Virus record (IMG/VR): IMGVR_UViG_3300005805_000474
Coordinates: 1 to 24,480 of that record
Source of the DNA: a virus
Taxonomy: Duplodnaviria > Caudoviricetes
Strand: one strand, 5' to 3'
DNA: 24,480 nucleotides
The notes below the pieces were generated by a model, which did not search any database, had not been told where the DNA came from, and saw nothing but the letters and a program-made list of their open reading frames with translations. The translations under genes and the position numbers were made by a program. Below are positions 1 through 7,982 of the stretch, in pieces. Each line of letters begins with the position of its first letter. Positions within the stretch are counted from its first letter, which is position 1.

Positions 1-2
1 GT

Positions 3-1169
3 ATTGATAAATCTTTAATTACCTCAGATGATATTACCTGGTCTGTATTTAGCACTTTTGCAAATCTACCAGTAGCAGCTGATAACCACGGAATGTTTGC
101 TCATGTCCATGATACTGGCAGTGCTTACTATGCCCATAACGGTAACTGGATAAAGTTAGTAATTGATACAGATACTCGTCTATCTGATACTCGTACCCCA
201 ACAGATGAAACCGTAACCACCGCAAAAATTGTAGATGGTAATGTAACAAACGTAAAACTTGCCAACTCTAGCCTTACTATTGGCTCTACCTCCGTTGCTC
301 TTGGAGCTACTGCAACTACAGTATCTGGTCTTACTCTTACAAATCCAACAGCTTCAGGTCTTACCTTATCTGATTCCTCCATTGTAATTGAGGGAGCAAC
401 AGCTAATGATTTTGAGACAACCCTTAGCTTTACAGATCCAGTTGCCGATGTAACGGTAACAGTTCCTGCGGCAGACACCACTCTTCTTGGTAGCCATATT
501 GCTACAGCAAAGGGTGACTTACTAGCGGCAACTGCGTCTAACGCTATAACTCGATTCCCTCTTGGATTAGATACCTACACATTAAGAGTGTCAACCGCAA
601 GTTCTACTGGTCTTGCTTGGGTAGATGATACGACCCCATCAGCAGGTTCTCGTAACGAAGATACATCTGTTGTAGATGTTCAACCGCGCCAAGGTAACTG
701 GAGCGGAACTTTAGTTAGCGGAAACGTTTACTTTACCTTCTTTACTCCTCGTTGGAATTTAACTATTGATGAAATTTCTTTAGTATCCGCATCTACCGCA
801 ACTGTTGGTGCGTCTCTTATTAGACTTGGTCTATATACCTTTGATGGAACTACCGCTACATTAGTGGCTAGAACCGCTTCTGATACCACTTTATTTGGCA
901 CTGGTAATACTCTATACACCCGCTTACTTTCAACAGGTGGTGGGTACCCAGCCACATATAACCTAGTTGCTGGCACTAGATATGCTCTAGGAGTCATAGT
1001 AGTTGCTACCAACCCAGGAAACGTCTATACCGCATTTGAACTTATTCCATCAGCGATGAGCGCATTAACTCCTCGTATGACTGGTTTAGTGTCAGGTCAA
1101 TCAGACCTGCCAACTACAGCTTCATCCTTCTCATCCTCTATTGTCGGACCGTGGGGTAGATTTTCATGA
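3..1169 (+). CDS. Fibre-like virion structural protein (5'-truncated), Ser/Thr/Ala/Gly-rich and modular
   Basis: The frame is open from base 3 (IDKSLITSDD...NLPVAADNHGMFAHVH), so the ATG at 93 is probably internal. Contains blocks typical of phage fibre proteins: HGMFAHVHxTGxAYYAHxGxW, IEGATANDFETTLSFTDP, AKGDLLAATA...TGLAW, then a C-terminal beta-rich domain. Confidence 0.7.
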   Translation: MDKSLITSDDITWSVFSTFANLPVAADNHGMFAHVHDTGSAYYAHNGNWIKLVIDTDTRLSDTRTPTDETVTTAKIVDGNVTNVKLANSSLTIGSTSVALGATATTVSGLTLTNPTASGLTLSDSSIVIEGATANDFETTLSFTDPVADVTVTVPAADTTLLGSHIATAKGDLLAATASNAITRFPLGLDTYTLRVSTASSTGLAWVDDTTPSAGSRNEDTSVVDVQPRQGNWSGTLVSGNVYFTFFTPRWNLTIDEISLVSASTATVGASLIRLGLYTFDGTTATLVARTASDTTLFGTGNTLYTRLLSTGGGYPATYNLVAGTRYALGVIVVATNPGNVYTAFELIPSAMSALTPRMTGLVSGQSDLPTTASSFSSSIVGPWGRFS

Positions 1170-1276
1170 TAACTAAAACAAGCCTAGGAATTGATTCAGC
1201 TACTGGAGCAGAAAAATTTGAGGTAAAAGAAGACGGAGTTGTAATAGGATATGACTTCGTATTCCCTACTGAGTAA
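1166..1276 (+). CDS. 36-aa hypothetical protein coupled to the fibre gene
   Basis: ATGA overlap with the fibre stop. Translates MITKTSLGIDSATGAEKFEVKEDGVVIGYDFVFPTE*, filling the gap up to the GGAG RBS of the next gene. Not in the ORF track. Confidence 0.65.
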   Translation: MITKTSLGIDSATGAEKFEVKEDGVVIGYDFVFPTE

Positions 1277-1285
1277 CGGAGCATA

Positions 1286-2347
1286 ATGAAAGTCGCGGTT
1301 TATACAATCGCGCTTAACGAAGAACAATTCGTGGAACGGTGGTTTAACTCCGCCAAAGGCGCAGACTATTTCTTGATTATGGATACGGGTTCTACAGACC
1401 GTACAGTGGAAAAAGCTTTGGAGTTAGGTATAACTGTTCAATCAGTTCTTATAAAACCTTGGCGATTTGATGATGCTCGCAATGCTGCTTTATTTGCGCT
1501 ACCTACAGATATAGATTACTGCATAGCTTTAGATATGGATGAAGTCCTACAACCTGGTTGGCGTGAAGAGTTAGAGCGAGCGCATGCTGAAGGTGTGACC
1601 AGACCTACATATAGATTTATTACTTCTTGGTTGCCAGATGGTAGCCCAGGCACAGAGTTTGAAGGTTTTAGAATACACGCAAGATTTGGATACCGTTGGA
1701 GGTTTCCAATACATGAAGTACCCTCACCCTACGGCATAGAAGAGAAGCGGATGCGGATGAACTTTGAAATTCATCACCACCCAGATAATAATAAATCTCG
1801 GGGACAGTACCTGCCGCTTCTTTCTATGGCAGTACATGAAGACCCTAAAAGTGAGAGAGCGGCTTTCTACTACGCTAGAGAACTTTACTTCCACGGGCTA
1901 TATGAGCAGTCAGCAAAAGAGTTTCGCCGCTATCTACAGCTAGCTTGGTGGTCTCCAGAGAAAGCCTCAGCTATGAATTACCTAGCTAGGGTTGAGCCAG
2001 AGAACGCGGTTGAGTGGTGTGAGAAGTCTATAAAAGAATACTCAGGCAGTAGAGAGCCTATGGTTTTATTAGCTCGGCATTACTACAGCAAAGCAAATTG
2101 GGAACAATGTTTGTTGTGGGCAGAGAACGCGCTTTTAATTAAAGAAAAAAAATTAGACTATATAGTTGAAGATTTCCCCTGGGGATTTGAAGTATATGAC
2201 CTGGCGGCTATAAGTGCATACAACCAAGGTCTATATGAATCTGCGCTTTTATATGGAGAAAAGGCACTTGAGCTCAGCCCCACAGACCAGAGGCTAGAGC
2301 GTAATCTAGTATTCTATAGAGAGAAGGTAGCCAATGAGAGCGCATAG
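1286..2347 (+). CDS. Glycosyltransferase family 2 with C-terminal TPR-like repeats
   Basis: GT-A motifs VYTIALNEE, DTGSTDRT, FDDARNAAL, DxD motif LDMDE, and IHE. Helical TPR-like C-terminal half (AAFYYARELY..., ALLYGEKALELSP). GGAG RBS. Confidence 0.88.
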   Translation: MKVAVYTIALNEEQFVERWFNSAKGADYFLIMDTGSTDRTVEKALELGITVQSVLIKPWRFDDARNAALFALPTDIDYCIALDMDEVLQPGWREELERAHAEGVTRPTYRFITSWLPDGSPGTEFEGFRIHARFGYRWRFPIHEVPSPYGIEEKRMRMNFEIHHHPDNNKSRGQYLPLLSMAVHEDPKSERAAFYYARELYFHGLYEQSAKEFRRYLQLAWWSPEKASAMNYLARVEPENAVEWCEKSIKEYSGSREPMVLLARHYYSKANWEQCLLWAENALLIKEKKLDYIVEDFPWGFEVYDLAAISAYNQGLYESALLYGEKALELSPTDQRLERNLVFYREKVANESA

Positions 2348-2867
2348 CCCTGGTGGTAGATTTACCTCTGACTTTGAACTAGACGCAATTGCTTCTGGTA
2401 TTACTTGGGACTTAACTAACCCAGCAGGAACACTAGCTCAATGGTGGATATATAACTCTAACGCATCTGTAGCGGATGCTATCTATGATGTAGAACCTGT
2501 TGGAACTGGCCGTATATGGACTGGTCCATATAACCTAGCTATTATTAGAGCTTCTATTACACAAGGCGCCTCTCTTACAAATCAACGCGGTTTCTATAAC
2601 GCAGATACCCTCCATCTAACTTTGAACGTAGATGACTTAAAAGAGGTAAGCCCAGAATTATTTAGCGAACGAGGCTTCATTAAGCCTGAAATTGGACAGG
2701 CAAATAAGTATCGTGTGATATGGAAAGACCAAGTGTACAGGCCTTTCCGTACCCAGCAGGCGGGTCAATTACAGAACCGCCACACCATAGTTGTTGTTGA
2801 TATGCTACAGGTAATGCCTGACGAGCTTGTCAATGATGCGCAGTTCTTACAGTACGCACAGGCATAG
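2334..2867 (+). CDS. Putative neck / head-closure structural protein
   Basis: 177-aa ORF overlapping the GT stop and lying upstream of the tail genes; C-terminal YRVIWKDQVYRP resembles head-closure beta-barrel proteins. Function is inferred mainly from position. Confidence 0.45.
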   Translation: MRAHSPGGRFTSDFELDAIASGITWDLTNPAGTLAQWWIYNSNASVADAIYDVEPVGTGRIWTGPYNLAIIRASITQGASLTNQRGFYNADTLHLTLNVDDLKEVSPELFSERGFIKPEIGQANKYRVIWKDQVYRPFRTQQAGQLQNRHTIVVVDMLQVMPDELVNDAQFLQYAQA

Positions 2868-2874
2868 GAGAGGT

Positions 2875-3033
2875 ATGAAAAAAGCAAGTAAATCTAAAAT
2901 GGCATCAACTGCTATGCGTGAGCATAAATATGGCAAATCCACGCTTGATAAAAAAGGACCAGTAAAAGCTAAAAAGCAAGCTATAGCTGTTGCTATTAAA
3001 AATCCTGGTAAAGCAAAAAAGGATAAAAAATAA
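2875..3033 (+). CDS. 52-aa basic microprotein, DUF6496-like
   Basis: AGGAGAGG RBS then ATG at 2875 (better than the track start at 2827). MREHKYGK...KGPVKAKKQAIAVA resembles the DUF6496 pattern MxEyKxG...vKsrKQAIAI. Confidence 0.7.
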   Translation: MKKASKSKMASTAMREHKYGKSTLDKKGPVKAKKQAIAVAIKNPGKAKKDKK

Positions 3034-3206
3034 TGCCGACACGCATAGGTGCTAGAGCGGGTAAAAACCCTAAAAAAAACATTAGCGTCTCTTTAACTGG
3101 CAGTAAATACTCTGCTGGTGGAGCTAAGAACCGTCGTAAAAAAGGCGGAATTATCCGTAAGCCAATGGCTACTATTCGCTATAACAAAGGACGTAAGAGT
3201 GTCTAA
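3033..3206 (+). CDS. 57-aa Lys/Arg/Gly-rich microprotein
   Basis: TAATG overlap with the previous gene. MPTRIGARAGKNPKKNISVSLTGSKYSAGGAKNRRKKGGIIRKPMATIRYNKGRKSV*; no acidic residue. Not in the ORF track. Confidence 0.7.
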   Translation: MPTRIGARAGKNPKKNISVSLTGSKYSAGGAKNRRKKGGIIRKPMATIRYNKGRKSV

Positions 3207-3360
3207 GAAACCAATATGGGAAACTAAAGACCCATCAAAGAAAGATAAAAAATTGTCGCCCAAAAAGAAAGCGGCGGCAAAGGCTAAGGCGAAAGCAGCA
3301 GGCCGCCCTTACCCAAACCTCGTTGACAATATGGCTGCTGCCAGAAAGAAGAAAAAATAA
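3199..3360 (+). CDS. 53-aa basic microprotein (GRPYPNLVDNM motif)
   Basis: GTG at 3199 preceded by AAGGA, overlapping the previous stop. MSKKPIWETKDP...KAAAKAKAKAAGRPYPNLVDNMAAARKKKK. The track start at 3118 overlaps the previous gene and is less likely. Confidence 0.72.
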   Translation: MSKKPIWETKDPSKKDKKLSPKKKAAAKAKAKAAGRPYPNLVDNMAAARKKKK

Positions 3361-3527
3361 TGTGCGCTACATGTGGATGCATGAAGAAAAAGGGCCAGCC
3401 AGGATTTGGTAAGGGTCCTAAGAAGAAGGCCGACAAGAAAGCTGATAAGAAGGCTGATAAGAAGGCCGATAAGAAAGATGATAAGAAGATGCCAGCTTTC
3501 CTAAAGAAAGCAGCAAAGAAGAAATAA
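3360..3527 (+). CDS. 55-aa Lys-rich microprotein with N-terminal CxxCGC and KKAD repeats
   Basis: TAATG overlaps at both ends. MCATCGCMKKKGQPGFGKGPKKKADKKADKKADKKADKKDDKKMPAFLKKAAKKK* (22 of 55 residues are Lys). Not in the ORF track. Confidence 0.75.
   Translation: MCATCGCMKKKGQPGFGKGPKKKADKKADKKADKKADKKDDKKMPAFLKKAAKKK
3423..3488 (+). repeat. 12-bp coding tandem repeat, about 5.5 copies (AAGAARGMYGAY; KKAD)
   Basis: Units AAGAAGGCCGAC, AAGAAAGCTGAT, AAGAAGGCTGAT, AAGAAGGCCGAT, AAGAAAGATGAT, then AAGAAG; variation is mostly at third codon positions. Confidence 0.9.
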
Positions 3528-3721
3528 TGTCTAAATACACTGAAGCGGCTGATAAGAAAAAAGATAAAGCTATGGTCAAAAAGGCTGGGCTGGACAAAAA
3601 AGAAAAGGCTGAATTTGCTAAAAAAGATAAGAAGCATAAAAAGCCTAAAAGCTTAGAAGATGACCGCGCTATGGACAAAGACATAATCTCTAAAATAAAG
3701 AAGAAACGTAAAAAGAAGTAA
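3527..3721 (+). CDS. 64-aa Lys-rich charged microprotein
   Basis: TAATG overlap; MSKYTEAADKKKDKAM...KIKKKRKKK; followed directly by a terminator. Confidence 0.75.
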   Translation: MSKYTEAADKKKDKAMVKKAGLDKKEKAEFAKKDKKHKKPKSLEDDRAMDKDIISKIKKKRKKK

Positions 3722-3727
3722 TCGCTT

Positions 3728-3760
3728 AGGCCCCCGAAAGGGGGCCTTTGCTTTATGCTT
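3728..3760 (+). terminator. Rho-independent terminator
   Basis: Perfect 8-bp stem AGGCCCCC-GAAA-GGGGGCCT followed by T-rich TTGCTTTATGCTT, 6 nt after a stop codon. Confidence 0.85.
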
Positions 3761-3763
3761 TAG

Positions 3764-3835
3764 ATGAGCCCCCATGCGGGGGGCTTATGCAGTACCCCTT
3801 GCGAAGTAAACTTGCTATCCACATAGGAGCGCAAC
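3764..3835 (+). promoter_or_regulatory. Structured 5' leader / candidate small RNA upstream of the tail operon
   Basis: Second hairpin ATGAGCCCCC-ATGCG-GGGGGCTTAT with no U-tract, then further pairing potential TTGCG...CGCAA enclosing TCC-ACATA-GGA, which covers the AGGAG RBS. Confidence 0.4.
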
Positions 3836-4015
3836 ATGAATGTACCTGGAGTTCCACCCCATAGAAAGGTGGACGCCCCGTCAGATGCCGAGTTCTTTAA
3901 GGCTATTGCGGATAACGTTTCAGGTAAAAAACAAGAGCGCGAGACGGTACTTGGATTAGCAGCGATTTACGTAGCAGGGAAGGCTTTAAAAAAGCGTGGT
4001 ACTAAGAGATCCTGA
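3836..4015 (+). CDS. 59-aa hypothetical protein, first gene of the tail operon
   Basis: AGGAG RBS 6 nt before ATG. MNVPGVPPHRKVDAPSDAEFFKAIADNVSGKKQERETVLGLAAIYVAGKALKKRGTKRS*. Not in the ORF track. Confidence 0.65.
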   Translation: MNVPGVPPHRKVDAPSDAEFFKAIADNVSGKKQERETVLGLAAIYVAGKALKKRGTKRS

Positions 4016-4325
4016 GTCAGTTGCATCTTTAGCTGGTAATAACATAGTCCAGCGGTTTAGCGATGTGCTGCGTAATATGGCATATGATGCTGGTTGGCCA
4101 GAGGAAATTACAGCTTCTCTCTCCCTTGTTTATGAGGATGGAGCTGTGCGGGTCTCATACCCAGAGAAATTTACCTCTACAGTAAACGATTTAGAATTTG
4201 GCAAAGAAGGACAGCCCCCAAACTCTGTTATACGCAGCTTTATGCTCCGTCATCAAAATGATGCCAGTAAAGAATTGGCGATTTTAGTAGCAGAAGATAT
4301 ATATGAACACGGGGGTATTCTTTAA
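3996..4325 (+). CDS. Hypothetical neck/tail component (possibly HK97 gp10-like)
   Basis: 109-aa ORF just before the tail completion gene. LEFGKEGQPPNSVIR resembles the vEfGt...p.pflr motif of HK97 gp10-like proteins. Confidence 0.5.
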   Translation: MVLRDPESVASLAGNNIVQRFSDVLRNMAYDAGWPEEITASLSLVYEDGAVRVSYPEKFTSTVNDLEFGKEGQPPNSVIRSFMLRHQNDASKELAILVAEDIYEHGGIL

Positions 4326-4948
4326 TGGGTAATCCGTTTGTAATTGCAGAAGACCTAGCGTTAAAACAACATTTAGCTGGGCTTACAGTGGCTGATGAGA
4401 AAAACGCTACCCGTCAGGTAAAAGTTTGGTTTGGATACCCAGATGTAGAACTTAGAACTCAAGAGTATCCATTTATAACTATTGAACTATTAGACATTAC
4501 TCCTGCGCTAGATAGACAACACCAAGGCATTATTTACGATAATGACCAACAAGGAACTAATAATACTCTTGGGCATTATAAGTATGACTACCCAGTTGCT
4601 TATGACCTTAGCTATCAAATTACAACATATGCCCGTCATCCTAGGCATGATAGAGCTCTCATTTGGGAGCTACATAGAAAGTTTCCATCAATATACGGCT
4701 ACTTGCGGGTGCCAAATGAACTCGGAACAGAGTACAGCTACCGCAGTATGTTTCTTGATGGATATGTAAAAAGAGATGCTGTAGAAGAAGACTCAGGTGG
4801 AAGAAGACTTCTCCGCAGTGTTTTTACCGTTCGGGTAGTAAGTGAAATGACTCCTAAGCAGGCATTGACCGCAATACCCGAAGTTGTACAAGTTGATATC
4901 AATCCTACAATTACGAATATCCCGTCTGGATTCACACCCGTTCAATAA
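4325..4948 (+). CDS. Putative tail completion / sheath terminator protein
   Basis: Immediately upstream of the sheath. YPFITIELLDI and PVAYDLSYQITTYA match the pattern of Pvc16/T4 gp15-like terminators. Confidence 0.6.
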   Translation: MGNPFVIAEDLALKQHLAGLTVADEKNATRQVKVWFGYPDVELRTQEYPFITIELLDITPALDRQHQGIIYDNDQQGTNNTLGHYKYDYPVAYDLSYQITTYARHPRHDRALIWELHRKFPSIYGYLRVPNELGTEYSYRSMFLDGYVKRDAVEEDSGGRRLLRSVFTVRVVSEMTPKQALTAIPEVVQVDINPTITNIPSGFTPVQ

Positions 4949-4984
4949 TCGGAACCTTTGTAAAACCTTTAAGGAGATAAAATA

Positions 4985-6484
4985 ATGGCAATTCAACGCC
5001 CTGGGGTATACGTAGAAGAAACGTTAACCCCCGTAGCACCGATAGTAGGCCCTGCTGCAGCTACTATTGCTGCTTTTATAGGACCAAACGATCGCGGTCC
5101 TACTACACCAACATTAGTCACTTCATGGAGTGAATATGTAAACAAGTTTGGTTCTTGGAATCAAACAGCATCAAATGATTTACCTCTTGCTGTTTATCTA
5201 TACTTTTCAAATGGCGGAAGTCAAGCATTTGTAACCAGAGTTGTTGGAGCAGGTGCTACAGCTGCTACTCGTGTTCTAACAGACCGCAACGCTACTCCTG
5301 ATGACACTCTAAGACTTACAGCTAAGGATCAAGGAACTTGGGGAAATAACCTCAATGTATCTGTAACTAACTCAAACCTTACTGACCACTTTGATTTAAC
5401 CATTTATTCAGGTGGAACCACAGATGCTTTCATTGTAGAACGGTTTACCGATTTAACTATGAATACCTTTGTTGGAGAACCACGCTACGCCCCATCAGTA
5501 ATTAATGCGTCATCTATTTACGTAACTGCTTTAGATTTAGATTCTAGCTCTGCTGGCGCAACTCAAAACCCTTCAGTAATTACTAACCAACCATTGACTA
5601 CAGGAGCTAATGGTTCAGCAGTAACCGCTGTTACCTCATACTCTGCTTTTGATACTGTAGAGCAGTCTTTACTTCTAAACGTTCCAGGATTTACAGCTTC
5701 TGCTACAGTAAATGCAGCTATTGCATATGCTGAATCAAGAGATGATGTATTTGTGGTAATTGATGGAATAGACGATACTGCAGCTAATCAAATTACATTA
5801 GCTAACTCATACACAGCTTCTTCTCTTGCCGCGGTTTACTATCCTCGGTTAACAATTGCAGACCCAACAGTTGGTCTTGGAGGCCCTTCTGGTGCTACTA
5901 AACTAGTTGGTCCTGGTGGAGCTGTTGCTGGTTTAATTGCTTCAACAGATACCGCTCGTGGAGTCTTTAAAGCTCCTGCAGGTCTACAGGCTCGTTTAGC
6001 TGGCGCTGTATCTGTACGTAAACTTACAAATGCTGAACTGGATTCTTTGAACTCTAACTCAGCTGCTATAAACGCTATTAAGTTTGTTTCTGGCTCTGGC
6101 ATTGTTGTCATGGGTTCACGCACACTTAAGACTGGTTACATTGATAAGTATGTACCAGTTCGCCGTACGTTAATTTACTTACGCAAAGCACTTACTGATC
6201 TAACAGAGTTTGCTATCTTTGAACCAAACGATGCAGCTCTATGGCGCCGTATCAATTCGGCCATCTCAGCATTCCTGACTCAATTCTGGGCACAAGGCGG
6301 TCTACGTGGAGCAACTCCACAACAGGCTTTCTTTGTCAAGGTAGATGCTGGGAATAATCCACAAGCAAGTATTGATAATGGATTCGTGAACATTGAAGTT
6401 GGTGTTGCTTTGCAACGTCCAGCTGAATTCATTGTCATTAAAATCAGTCAATATGACGGTGGAACCACCGTTACTGTAGCGTAA
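4985..6484 (+). CDS. Contractile tail sheath protein
   Basis: N-terminal RPGVYVEE, VTSWSEY..FG, YFSNGG; C-terminal GVFKAPAG, YVPVRR, FEPNDAALW, GVALQRPAEFIVIKI. AAGGAG RBS. Confidence 0.96.
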   Translation: MAIQRPGVYVEETLTPVAPIVGPAAATIAAFIGPNDRGPTTPTLVTSWSEYVNKFGSWNQTASNDLPLAVYLYFSNGGSQAFVTRVVGAGATAATRVLTDRNATPDDTLRLTAKDQGTWGNNLNVSVTNSNLTDHFDLTIYSGGTTDAFIVERFTDLTMNTFVGEPRYAPSVINASSIYVTALDLDSSSAGATQNPSVITNQPLTTGANGSAVTAVTSYSAFDTVEQSLLLNVPGFTASATVNAAIAYAESRDDVFVVIDGIDDTAANQITLANSYTASSLAAVYYPRLTIADPTVGLGGPSGATKLVGPGGAVAGLIASTDTARGVFKAPAGLQARLAGAVSVRKLTNAELDSLNSNSAAINAIKFVSGSGIVVMGSRTLKTGYIDKYVPVRRTLIYLRKALTDLTEFAIFEPNDAALWRRINSAISAFLTQFWAQGGLRGATPQQAFFVKVDAGNNPQASIDNGFVNIEVGVALQRPAEFIVIKISQYDGGTTVTVA

Positions 6485-6497
6485 GGAGTAAATACGC

Positions 6498-7163
6498 ATG
6501 GCAAATAACAGCAATCTAAACCGCTGGTCAAAAATTGCGACTGACCCGTTACGTAACTTTCGGTTCTACGCAGAATTTACAACAGCATCAAATGGTACGC
6601 CCGCATTCTCAAACAAGATACAGACTGGCTCTGACTCTCGTCCAGAAGGACCTGCAGCTAGAGGCTCATCTACATCATGGGCGGGAGGGTTTACATATGT
6701 AAGTGGTCTTAACATCACTACACAAAATATCCCATACCGCGAAGGCGGTTATAACACTACGGTCCACCAGATTCCTGGTATGACCACATTTAGCCCAATC
6801 ACTTTCCAGCGCGGAGTTATGTATGGAAATGACCAAGCTATTACCTGGATGAGAGCCCTATTTGCAGCAGCAGCTGCCGATGGCTTAAACGTTGGCTCTG
6901 GAAAAGATTTCCGAGTTAATGTTAATATCTACGTTAACGACCACCCTAACGCAGGTACAGGTTCGGGCGGATCTCCAGATGACAACATTCCAAAGATGGG
7001 CTTTACGGTTCACAACGCGTGGTTAAGTCAAATTAACTATAGTGACCTAAGCGCTGACTCTGGAAGCTTGTTCTTTGAAACCATGACTTTGGTACACGAA
7101 GGCCTATCAGTCTTCTTTACTACAGGAACTGGAAGCACACCATACACCCCAGTAGGGGCTTAA
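6498..7163 (+). CDS. Tail tube protein (T4 gp19 / Afp1-Pvc1-like)
   Basis: DPLRNFRF, GF..VSGL, YREGG, IPGMTTFSPITFQRG, NAW, ETMTLVHEG; directly follows the sheath; AAGGAG RBS. Confidence 0.92.
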   Translation: MANNSNLNRWSKIATDPLRNFRFYAEFTTASNGTPAFSNKIQTGSDSRPEGPAARGSSTSWAGGFTYVSGLNITTQNIPYREGGYNTTVHQIPGMTTFSPITFQRGVMYGNDQAITWMRALFAAAAADGLNVGSGKDFRVNVNIYVNDHPNAGTGSGGSPDDNIPKMGFTVHNAWLSQINYSDLSADSGSLFFETMTLVHEGLSVFFTTGTGSTPYTPVGA

Positions 7164-7187
7164 TAACAAAAACAAGGAGTATTATTC

Positions 7188-7982
7188 GTGACGCAAATTA
7201 TTACAGATGCAGAATTAGTAAACAAATTCGCTCAAAAAGCTATGGAGGAGCCCGAGAAGCAAGTTGTTACTCGGGCCCCTTCTAACTCAGAAGTTAAGCT
7301 ACCAGGTGGTTTTGTAAAAAATGGTGAGCTTATAACTACCGCAGAAGTAAAAGAACTAAATGGATCTGACGAAGAAGCAATCGCTAAGGCGGGTTCTGCT
7401 GGCAGGTCATTAAATGTTTTACTACAGCGAGGCCTACTAAAACTAGGCTCACACGATGCGACTAAAGATGATTTAGACACGTTATTGTCTGGAGATAGAG
7501 ACGCTATCCTATTAGGTATACGTTGTGTAACTTTTGGAGAAACTCTTGAACTAGACGTTACTTGTCCAAATTGTAGAGATGAACACAGACTTACTCTTAA
7601 TTTAGTTGATGATGTACCAGTAAGAACTTTAAAAAATCCTGTAGAAGACAGGAGCTGGTATGTAGAAACTAAGTTAGGTATAGCTGAAGTAGCTTTGCCC
7701 AATGGAATTGTGCAGAGAAAATTGATGGAAAACATTGATAAAACTTCAGCCGAAATCAATACCTTACTACTATCAGGTTGTGTGGTTTCACTAGACGGCT
7801 CACTATCTATCGGCACAGGCGCAGCTTTAGCTTTGGGCATGGCAGACCGCTCAAAGATTTTAGACTCCATCCTGGAACGTAACCCAGGCCCACGCCTTGG
7901 GGAGGTGAAGAAGGCCTGTAAGGCATGTGGTGAAGATATTTCTTTACCGCTGAGCCTGGTCGATTTATTTCGCATACAGTGA
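7188..7982 (+). CDS. Tail/baseplate assembly chaperone with two CxxC motifs (T4 gp26-like)
   Basis: Between tube and tape measure. ELNGSDEE, LLSGDRDAILLGIR..TFG, CPNC and CKAC. AAGGAG RBS with GTG start. Confidence 0.75.
   Translation: MTQIITDAELVNKFAQKAMEEPEKQVVTRAPSNSEVKLPGGFVKNGELITTAEVKELNGSDEEAIAKAGSAGRSLNVLLQRGLLKLGSHDATKDDLDTLLSGDRDAILLGIRCVTFGETLELDVTCPNCRDEHRLTLNLVDDVPVRTLKNPVEDRSWYVETKLGIAEVALPNGIVQRKLMENIDKTSAEINTLLLSGCVVSLDGSLSIGTGAALALGMADRSKILDSILERNPGPRLGEVKKACKACGEDISLPLSLVDLFRIQ

Noticed and set aside
3423-3488. Possible CRISPR-like or non-coding repeat array
   Set aside because: 12-bp units without spacers, varying mostly at synonymous positions; it is a coding repeat. No CRISPR array or cas gene was seen in the window.
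3722-3835. tRNA, hammerhead ribozyme or known riboswitch in the intergenic gap
   Set aside because: No cloverleaf or TTC-arm. AGATGAG resembles the hammerhead core CTGATGAG but the required downstream GAAA is missing. Kept only as an unassigned structured leader.
7980-7982. Stop-codon readthrough or alternative genetic code at the chaperone TGA
   Set aside because: The same frame hits another stop two codons later (TGA AGT AGC ATA CGA AAG CTT ACT TAA region gives only a short peptide), the meaningful ORF is in the +1 frame, and all three stops end genes normally elsewhere.
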